Shown one piece after another: positions 1 through 6,702 of a stretch of 38,352 nucleotides of DNA (within the stretch, counting starts at the first letter, position 1; every line of letters starts with the position of its first letter). The position numbers were made by a program, and so were the translations under genes. The DNA comes from Planctomycetota bacterium (lineage in GTDB: Bacteria; Planctomycetota; MHYJ01; JACQXL01; JAVHLO01), in NCBI GenBank assembly GCA_031082105.1, contig JAVHLO010000001.1, positions 1 through 38,352 of the forward strand, written 5' to 3'. The notes beneath the pieces were generated by a model. It did no database searches. It saw only the letters and a list, made by a program, of their open reading frames with translations, and was not told where the DNA came from.

Positions 1-1714
1 AGTGGCGGAAGTGTTCGAGCATCACCTCGGTCTTCTGTGCGATGTTGTGCGGGTGCAGGCTCATGAACCGCGCCAAGGCCCGTGCTGCCTTCTTCTTGTC
101 CACCTGCGGGTCGTCCTCGATGGACTTGATGAGCCGGTAGTAACGCTTGTAGGTCGTGTAGTTCTTGAGTACGTCGAGGATGAAGTGCTCGTCGATGGCC
201 TGCCGCATGCTATAGAGGTGGAACGGGACCGGCTTTCCGTCCACACTTGGACGCCCGAAGACCTCAAGCGTCTTGTACTTCGGCGTGGCAGTGAAGGCGA
301 AGAAACTGATGTTCGGCTGCCTCCCGCGCTTCGCCATCGTCTTGAGGATTTCCTCCTCGTAGTCCGGCAGACCCTCCGACTCCGCCTTCGCCTGGGCCTC
401 TTCCTGGATGGTCTTGCGGGCAAGTACCTTCTTGAGTTCCGTCGCCGACTCGCCGCCTTGGGAGCTGTGCGCCTCGTCCACGATGACCGCGTACTTCCGC
501 TTCGGCAGGTCGCCGATCTTCTCCGTCACGAACGGGAATTTCTGAAGCGTGGTCACGACGATGGGCACCCCGGAGCCGAGCGCTTGTGCGAGCTGGGTCG
601 AGTCCTCGTCAATCTTCTGCACCACGCCCTGCTTGTGCTCGAACTGGTAGATGGTGTTCTGCAACTGCTGGTCGAGGACGAGCCGGTCGGTAACGACGAT
701 GATGGAGTCGAAGACTTTCTCGTCCTTTTCGGTATGGAGGTTGGCGAGCCGGTGCGCGAGCCATGCGATGGAGTTCGACTTGCCGCTTCCGGCCGAGTGC
801 TGGATGAGGTAGTTCACGCCCGTGCCGGCGCATCGTGCGTCGGCCACGAGCTTCCGCACGCAGTCGAGCTGGTGGTAGCGAGGGAAGATCATCGTCTCCT
901 TCTTCACCGTCCTCCCGCCCAACCGCTTCTCCTCGACCTGGATATGGATGAACCGCGCGATGATATCGAGGAAGCTGTCCCGTTGCCAGGCCTCCTCCCA
1001 GAGGTAGACGGTCTTGTGCCCGTGCGGGTTCTCCGGGTTACCCGCGCCGGTGCCGTTCCCCTTATTGAAGGGCAGGAAGTGCGTGGAGTTCCCGGCAAGG
1101 CGAGTCGTCATGTAGACCTCGTCCGGATCAACGGCGAAGTGCACCAGCGTCCGCTTCCTGAACTGGAAGATGAGGTCGTTCGGGTCACGGTCGGTCTTGT
1201 ATTGGTGGATGGCGTTCTGCCAGGTTTGGCCGGTGAGCGGGTTCTTCAACTCCGCTGTGGCTACGGGGATGCCGTTCAAGCCCAGAACAACATCGAGCGT
1301 GCCGCCGTGTTTCTCCGAGTAGCGCACCTGGCGGGTGATCGTGAGCCGGTTGGCTGCGTAGAGCGCCTGGGTCTCGGGGTTGAGACCGCTTGCGGGGGCG
1401 AAGTAGGCCGCGCGGAAGAGTTTGCCGAAGCACTTGAACCCGTGCCGGAGGACCTTGAGGCACCCTTCGGCGTCCGAGTCTAACGCGGCGCAGAGGGCGT
1501 CGAGGAGCGTCTCCTCGGCCTTCTCCTTCCGGACGTTCTGGAGGTAGGCCCATTCCTTGGGCTGGGTCTCGCGGACGAAGGCAAAGAAGACACCCGTATC
1601 AAGGGCACGGACCCGGTCGAAAGCCTCGCGGTCGCCCTTCACGTAGCCGCCCGCCGCGAGCAGGTGTTGCTCGATGGCGGTTTCGAAGGCTATCTCCCTG
1701 TGTTGACTCGGCAT
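1..1714 (-). CDS. hsdR: Type I restriction endonuclease R subunit (HsdR), N-terminal 571 codons; the C-terminus lies beyond the left window edge
   Basis: Absent from the supplied ORF track because it is open at the window edge. My own reverse-strand translation from ATG 1714..1712 reads MPSQHREIAFETAIEQHLLAAGGYVKGD... It has Walker A QHSAGSGKSNS (codons 770-802) and DEAH box KYAVIVDEAHSS (461-499). A GGGGAGA RBS sits 7 nt upstream. The listed + ORF 2..1483 is its codon-aligned antisense shadow. Confidence 0.9.
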   Translation of the reverse strand, partial: MPSQHREIAFETAIEQHLLAAGGYVKGDREAFDRVRALDTGVFFAFVRETQPKEWAYLQNVRKEKAEETLLDALCAALDSDAEGCLKVLRHGFKCFGKLFRAAYFAPASGLNPETQALYAANRLTITRQVRYSEKHGGTLDVVLGLNGIPVATAELKNPLTGQTWQNAIHQYKTDRDPNDLIFQFRKRTLVHFAVDPDEVYMTTRLAGNSTHFLPFNKGNGTGAGNPENPHGHKTVYLWEEAWQRDSFLDIIARFIHIQVEEKRLGGRTVKKETMIFPRYHQLDCVRKLVADARCAGTGVNYLIQHSAGSGKSNSIAWLAHRLANLHTEKDEKVFDSIIVVTDRLVLDQQLQNTIYQFEHKQGVVQKIDEDSTQLAQALGSGVPIVVTTLQKFPFVTEKIGDLPKRKYAVIVDEAHSSQGGESATELKKVLARKTIQEEAQAKAESEGLPDYEEEILKTMAKRGRQPNISFFAFTATPKYKTLEVFGRPSVDGKPVPFHLYSMRQAIDEHFILDVLKNYTTYKRYYRLIKSIEDDPQVDKKKAARALARFMSLHPHNIAQKTEVMLEHFRH

Positions 1715-2070
1715 CGGTGCGTCTCCCCTGCAAAATGTCGGGCGGTCATACCACAAGTGCAGTCAAAGCGCACTTCGGGGCGCTCACTGAGCACTCCAAG
1801 AGCCCGCCACCTGTCAAGTGTACTTTGGTCAGTTTTCGCATACAGTCTATTGCCTGAATCTGGCGTACGTGGCGACAATAGTTGCTTGACCAATATAGAG
1901 TTGCGACACTGGGCTATTGAGAAAGACACTGTCCCGGCACTTACACCTCAGCACTGGGTAGTCACTCGAGGATTTCGTTGAGACGCATCCATGCCACACA
2001 AAACGTCTTGTGTCGCACGGAACGTAATTCATGCGACTATCCGTTGTGGTTCGTTCCCGATTGCCGCGCT

Positions 2071-2092
2071 CTCGACTACATAGCCTTACACA
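2071..2092. repeat. 22-nt direct repeat copy 1 (ctcgactacatagccttacaca) in the spacer upstream of hsdR
   Basis: Matches 2211-2232 at 20 of 22 positions in the same orientation, 140 bp apart, inside a non-coding stretch that looks lower in G+C. Confidence 0.6.
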
Positions 2093-2210
2093 AACGCGAC
2101 CGGATGCGAGTATTGAACAAACACGCGCTACCACTACATATTGTGTCCACGCACTTCATCTATACCACATGTAGGATCTAGTGGCGTGGTCTGCAAGATC
2201 AGCATCGTCG

Positions 2211-2232
2211 CTCAACTACATCGCCTTACACA
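2211..2232. repeat. 22-nt direct repeat copy 2 (ctcaactacatcgccttacaca), 6 nt beyond the stop codon of the AlbA_2 gene
   Basis: Matches 2071-2092 at 20 of 22 positions. Confidence 0.6.
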
Positions 2233-2238
2233 TGTTTT

Positions 2239-3696
2239 CTAGGCCCATGATGGAACGTAGCTTGCGCTCCTGCTGGAACCCGTGCCCTGGCCATGCGGTT
2301 TGACGCGTCCGGCGCAAATCGCGTCTCGAATGATACTGGAGGCCAAGGGGTAGCTGGAATCCTTGATGCCCAAACGATTCCGTAGCGATGCATTGGTCAT
2401 TCGTTTGCCGGATACGTACTGAAGACAGGCATGCTGGTAGCACGCCCGAACGCGCTCCTCACGGTTCATCTGAGCAAACTTGCGAGGACCGTAAAGGACC
2501 GCGACCGTGCTGTTTCCCGCAACTCGGAAGTCCGGCGCGGGGAGCTGAAAAAGCTCCACACCTACTATCACTTTGTCGATGCCGCTGCCGCGCTCTTCGC
2601 AGATGCTGACTCTGCGCATCAGTGCGGCCAACATCTCGTTTCGCGACTGAGGCGGCTCGTCAATGAACCTCTGCGTGTCAATCAGCGGGATGCCTGGGTT
2701 GGATATTTCTATCCGATCGGTGAATATCTCAACCATCGGGCCCGCGCCGGTGACATTGAAGTCCTGGTGGATGAGCGCGTTGGCGACCAGTTCCCGGACG
2801 GCGATTTCAGGATACGTACGGACTTCTTTCCGAAGCGCCTGGCCGATCTGCTCGTTCTGCGGAAGCTGGTCGTCAATGTAGGAGACCGCGCCCTCGAAGC
2901 CGATGGCGTAGCCCTTGCTTCCGGCCTGTTCCTTGATCGTCTCGACGCGATCACTGCCTTTGTAGATGATGACGCGCAGCGCTTTCCTGGCGAGGCGGTC
3001 GAAGTCTGTGAGGTTTCGCGCGAAAAGGATCGCGCCCACGTTGCTCATGTCGTATTTGCCGCCTGAGGTGGGCGCGATCACCTTCTCAGAAGCTAGTCGC
3101 TCCAAAATTGCCGCACGATTTTCCGGCAAGGGTTGCCCGATCAGCCGAAAGTAGTTCGGGTAGTCGAGAAGAGCAAGAACTTCGTCAGATGTCGCGCCCT
3201 CTCTGGCAGTGCCTTGTTCATAGGGTCTCCGGTCGAACCGACGCCAGAGTTCCCGTTCCTTTTCGGGGTGGTCCCGGAGTTTCTTCTTGTAGCTGCCGAT
3301 GCGAATCCATTCTGTGCCTCTGAATCCCACGGGTTTGTGCGATGCAGGCTGGATTTCGAAGAGCACAACGTGCTTCCTGTCCAGTTCGTCTTCGTGGATG
3401 CGCACGTCAACCCGTGGGTCCAATTGAGTCAGCAGCCAGTTCTCAAGTTCCTCATTGCCGACCTTCGCTTGGCGGGGACGGAAAGTTGTGCCGACGACCT
3501 GACCGGACTTGTCGTCCACTCCCCAAAGGACATAGGCGCAGGGCTTGTCATGCAGGGCAGCGGAGTTCGATAGCGCCGAAACATACTCCCCGATCTCGAC
3601 AGGATCGGCCTTACTGTGCTTGCGTTCGACCCATTCCGTTTCCTTGGGCAGGGCGACAAGCTCACGAACCAGACTCTCAAGTTGTGTCTTGTCCAT
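2239..3696 (-). CDS. AlbA_2 (Schlafen-like divergent AAA) + HATPase_c_4 + C-terminal wHTH protein, usually annotated as a putative transcriptional regulator or RecG-like ATP-binding protein
   Basis: 485-aa ORF. The N-terminal region ETEWVERKHS...ALSNSAALHDKPCAYVLWGVDDKSGQVVG fits the AlbA_2 pattern. RELVANALIHQDFNVTGAGPMVEIFTDRIEISNPG fits HATPase_c_4. Its ATG shares 1 nt with the hsdS stop (TAATG, 3694-3698). Confidence 0.8.
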   Translation of the reverse strand: MDKTQLESLVRELVALPKETEWVERKHSKADPVEIGEYVSALSNSAALHDKPCAYVLWGVDDKSGQVVGTTFRPRQAKVGNEELENWLLTQLDPRVDVRIHEDELDRKHVVLFEIQPASHKPVGFRGTEWIRIGSYKKKLRDHPEKERELWRRFDRRPYEQGTAREGATSDEVLALLDYPNYFRLIGQPLPENRAAILERLASEKVIAPTSGGKYDMSNVGAILFARNLTDFDRLARKALRVIIYKGSDRVETIKEQAGSKGYAIGFEGAVSYIDDQLPQNEQIGQALRKEVRTYPEIAVRELVANALIHQDFNVTGAGPMVEIFTDRIEISNPGIPLIDTQRFIDEPPQSRNEMLAALMRRVSICEERGSGIDKVIVGVELFQLPAPDFRVAGNSTVAVLYGPRKFAQMNREERVRACYQHACLQYVSGKRMTNASLRNRLGIKDSSYPLASSIIRDAICAGRVKPHGQGTGSSRSASYVPSWA

Positions 3697-5042
3697 TAGG
3701 CCGCCTCCCCGCGAACATCAATCTTTCCCGTCACCGCCGCCGAGATGAGCGCCGTCCGGTACTCGCGGAGCGTGGCGATGCTCTCGCGGACCTTGGCGGC
3801 CAATGCGTCAATCCGACTGGCCTCTTGATTCAGATATTCAGCGATAGCGTCTTGTTCAATTCGCGGGGGAAATGCAAAACGATAAACGCGCAGTTTTTCA
3901 GCGGTCAGGTGGGCGATTGTGTTGGGATTCCCATGCGCGATGAAAATGCCGCTCCAAGCCGCCGCTCGCATGACATAGTAGAAGTAACGAGGAAGGTCGC
4001 GGTCTGTTCGTGGACGCACCCGATGGATGGCTTTCTGAAAACCGCAAACAGGCAGTTCGCCGCGCCAAATTGCGGTCCGGCCGACTTCCCCGCCCTCGCA
4101 TATCAGAAGGTCGCCCTCTTTGAGGGTGTACCGGTTGCGCTCGTCGGGATGGAAGTCCATCTCATCCAAGTTCTCGGCATTCACGACATTCCATTGAACA
4201 TCAATATTTCGCAGGTATGGAAGGAGGTGTTCTCCAGTAATGCGTTTTGCGTCGAGCATTTTCCCCAACTGGACAATGTAGCGGGCGTAAAGAGGGGCCA
4301 CCTCCCAGTGCGCCGGAATCCTGCCGAGCCACTCGACGCCGGAATCCTTCATCTTCGCGTTGGGGTCGAGACCCTTGATGACGGCGTGGCTGATGAGTGC
4401 GGCGCGCTTCTCTTGGAGGAGTTCAATCTGCCGCTCCTTCTTCCCGATGAGCCCGTCTATCCGCGCCGTCTCGCGGTCGAGAAACGCCGCGATGGCGCGC
4501 TGCTCTGTCAGCGGCGGGACAAGAAACAGGGCATTGTCGAGGCCATACTTACTTAAGCCGTACCGCGTGATCCCCGTCGCCTCCACTCGGAACTGGTCAT
4601 TTATCCCGCGCGCAGAGAAGGCGCGGAAGAGATACCTGCCATCCATGCAATCTGATATCGCACGAACTTTGGCGAGATGATAGCCGCAGAGTACGCCTTC
4701 GAGTTGCTCGGCAACGAAGGCGGGGACGGCGATGTCATCCCATTCTTCGGAATCCTTCGTCACCAGTACGTCGCCATCCTTGATCGTAAACCGCCGGATT
4801 TCTTCCGGGGTGGCGGTAGCCGCCATGAAGTCCAGTTCGGAAGTGATGTAGTCGTGGTAGTACACGTCAATGTAGTTGCAGAGGCGTACTGGTTGCTCGC
4901 CCTCCACTGTATGCTTGTCAACGCTACTGAAGCTGGCTCTGGAAACGTGCTTCAGCCTGCGAATCTCCCAATGTGCCGGGATTCCTCCCAGCCACTCCAC
5001 GCCGGAGGGGCGGTATTCGGGATACGGTTTCCGCGCTCTCAT
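3696..5042 (-). CDS. hsdS: Type I R-M specificity subunit (HsdS) with two target-recognition domains
   Basis: Two duplicated conserved helices: LPPLTEQRAIAAFLDRETARIDGLIGKKERQIELLQEKRAALISHAV and FPPRIEQDAIAEYLNQEASRIDALAAKVRESIATLREYRTALISAAVTGKIDVR. The GVEWLG.IPAHWE motif occurs twice. The start is placed at ATG 5042..5040, which overlaps the upstream stop (TGATG). The longest ORF extends to 5099. Confidence 0.9.
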   Translation of the reverse strand: MRARKPYPEYRPSGVEWLGGIPAHWEIRRLKHVSRASFSSVDKHTVEGEQPVRLCNYIDVYYHDYITSELDFMAATATPEEIRRFTIKDGDVLVTKDSEEWDDIAVPAFVAEQLEGVLCGYHLAKVRAISDCMDGRYLFRAFSARGINDQFRVEATGITRYGLSKYGLDNALFLVPPLTEQRAIAAFLDRETARIDGLIGKKERQIELLQEKRAALISHAVIKGLDPNAKMKDSGVEWLGRIPAHWEVAPLYARYIVQLGKMLDAKRITGEHLLPYLRNIDVQWNVVNAENLDEMDFHPDERNRYTLKEGDLLICEGGEVGRTAIWRGELPVCGFQKAIHRVRPRTDRDLPRYFYYVMRAAAWSGIFIAHGNPNTIAHLTAEKLRVYRFAFPPRIEQDAIAEYLNQEASRIDALAAKVRESIATLREYRTALISAAVTGKIDVRGEAA

Positions 5043-5836
5043 CAGAATATTGCTCGCTGATAGGTCTTGGGCGGCCAAAACACTCCGAGAACCATCCACG
5101 CGTTGAATGGGAACCGGGTCCCCATGAAGAACCGCGTGTCGCGTTCAGGTGAGCACATCTCCTCCATGTATTTCCGCTTCACACTCTTGGCTGCCTCGTC
5201 GTCGGACTGGAGTCGCTCTGATTCTTTGAGAAAAAGAACTCCAAGCTCCCAGTCCAGAATCGTGGCAGTGTGAGGCTTGTCACTGTCCGGACACTCGAAA
5301 ACAAAGCGAAACTCGAAAGGCAACTTGCGCAGAGGCTTCTGCGACTCGCCAAACAGCCTGAGTTGCAGAAAAAGCTCCTGCCACTCGGGTTTCCAATCCT
5401 GTTCTGCGGGAGCGATTTCAAGGTCAAGCACCTTTGAAGGTCTGACAATCCCTAGAGATGTTCTATCAGAATCGTAGAGCGCTTTCAACTCGTTCAAGGT
5501 GCGATGAGGAACGCGGTCAATGACCTCTCTTCGCGCCCGCCAACCATCTTCGGTAGACAGGGGCTCACCAAGCACTCGCAAGGTGTCCAAGCTCGGTCGC
5601 CGGCTCTCCTTGCGGTTGTCGTTGCCCTCCCCACGATCCTCCAACTCTACTTCGACCCACTGATACTTGTGAAACCGCTGTTTTCTCGGTCGGTATCGGT
5701 AGTCTACAGGATAGAGACGCACCCATTGGCACTCCTCGGTAATCCCTGCTGCGCAGACCAACTCCTGATACGCCGTCGAGGGATGCGGATAGGTCATGAC
5801 CGTGACAAGCAGCTTGGTCAGCGTCTTCTTTGTCAA
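5042..5836 (-). CDS. Uncharacterised 264-aa protein (orphan) embedded in the Type I R-M operon
   Basis: Clean ORF with protein-like composition: MTKKTLTKLLVTVMTYPHPSTAYQELVCAAGITEECQWVRLYPVDYRY... The TTG start overlaps the upstream stop (TTGA, 5833-5836) and its stop overlaps the hsdS ATG. I recognise no catalytic motif or family. An alternative ATG start is at 5797. Confidence 0.7.
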   Translation of the reverse strand: MTKKTLTKLLVTVMTYPHPSTAYQELVCAAGITEECQWVRLYPVDYRYRPRKQRFHKYQWVEVELEDRGEGNDNRKESRRPSLDTLRVLGEPLSTEDGWRARREVIDRVPHRTLNELKALYDSDRTSLGIVRPSKVLDLEIAPAEQDWKPEWQELFLQLRLFGESQKPLRKLPFEFRFVFECPDSDKPHTATILDWELGVLFLKESERLQSDDEAAKSVKRKYMEEMCSPERDTRFFMGTRFPFNAWMVLGVFWPPKTYQRAIF

Positions 5837-6702
5837 TGCCGAATCTCCAAATGCCGGACAGGCAAGCTAGTGCGTGCCGCGAGCAGCGCCGCAAGCCGTG
5901 AACGATGACAGTGCTCCGGATTGGTCTCCACGCATACGAGTACCGACGGCCTGCCTGACATAAGTTGGGAGACGAGGGCAATCTCCTTGGACGCCCTGTT
6001 AAGGACTTGGGTCTCGTAGAACCGAAAGAGGTTCTCGTACTCTCGCGGTGTCTCAAGAGAGTCTCGCGCATCGGCAGGAACCCCGAGCGCAGGAAAATGA
6101 ACGTAATCCAAACCCAAGAAACCGCATATCCGCGCAAGTGTAGACTTGTGAAACCCATACCGACGTGAAACCGGATTGCCTCGAACGTCTATCAGCCGTT
6201 CAATTCCAGCTTGAAGAAGACCATTCAAGAAGCTGTCCACGGAACGACCCTCGTAGCCGGCGGCATAAACCGCACAGGTAGCCTTCGGCAACGTCGTTCT
6301 TGGTTTCCGGATGCTCTTCACAGTGAACCAAGGATGTTTTTCATAGACATATTTAGTCAGCGAATCGGCAGACCTTCCGCCATGCCCCAGGAGTGTCTCC
6401 CCGATATCGCGCTGTACGCTTGGCGCAACTCCCGCTACGGCATCCGTGCCCGCGGACGTGACTCGCCAGCGCTTTGGGTCGGGTTCGTCGAGAAACCCCT
6501 GCCGGACCAACGTCGAGACTTCCTGGAAAAGACAAAAAGAGAACGGGCCATGATGATACGGAAGGAAGTCGTAGAACGCGTTTCCTCCGCTGGAGGCCGT
6601 CTCATGTCGGAGAATGAATGCCCACTTCACAACATGGAGATGTGATGCCTCTCCTCCGGCCTTCCCCAGCAGCGCTAGAAGGACTTTCTGCCGATGAATC
6701 AC
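5833..6702 (-). CDS. Fusion protein: N-terminal wHTH-like domain (possibly SocA/GepA Panacea-like, tentative) + C-terminal DUF488 domain
   Basis: 289-aa ORF. The C-terminal half, VYAAGYEGRSVDSFLNGLLQAGIERLIDVRGNPVSRRYGFHKSTL...LVCVETNPEHCHRSRLAALLA, matches the DUF488 pattern as I remember it, including the C-E-x(n)-CHR signature. The N-terminus carries YDFLPYHHGPFSFCLFQEVSTLVRQGFL. The GTG start overlaps the hsdM stop (GTGA, 6699-6702). Confidence 0.75.
   Translation of the reverse strand: MIHRQKVLLALLGKAGGEASHLHVVKWAFILRHETASSGGNAFYDFLPYHHGPFSFCLFQEVSTLVRQGFLDEPDPKRWRVTSAGTDAVAGVAPSVQRDIGETLLGHGGRSADSLTKYVYEKHPWFTVKSIRKPRTTLPKATCAVYAAGYEGRSVDSFLNGLLQAGIERLIDVRGNPVSRRYGFHKSTLARICGFLGLDYVHFPALGVPADARDSLETPREYENLFRFYETQVLNRASKEIALVSQLMSGRPSVLVCVETNPEHCHRSRLAALLAARTSLPVRHLEIRH

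Noticed and set aside
2-1483. 493-aa + strand ORF at the left edge
   Set aside because: It is the codon-aligned antisense of the real hsdR gene on the minus strand. Its L/V/R/D/E/H-rich translation is typical of GC-rich shadow frames, whereas the opposite strand gives clear Walker A and DEAH motifs.
3342-4556. 404-aa + strand ORF opposite hsdS and the AlbA_2 gene
   Set aside because: It spans a gene junction on the opposite strand and has an Arg/Pro-rich junk translation. The minus-strand genes have clear family motifs.
5043-5099. Upstream 19 codons of the longest hsdS ORF
   Set aside because: They overlap the orphan gene by 58 nt. The internal ATG at 5042 gives the same 1-nt stop/start overlap seen at the hsdS/AlbA_2 junction. 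The longer form cannot be strictly excluded.
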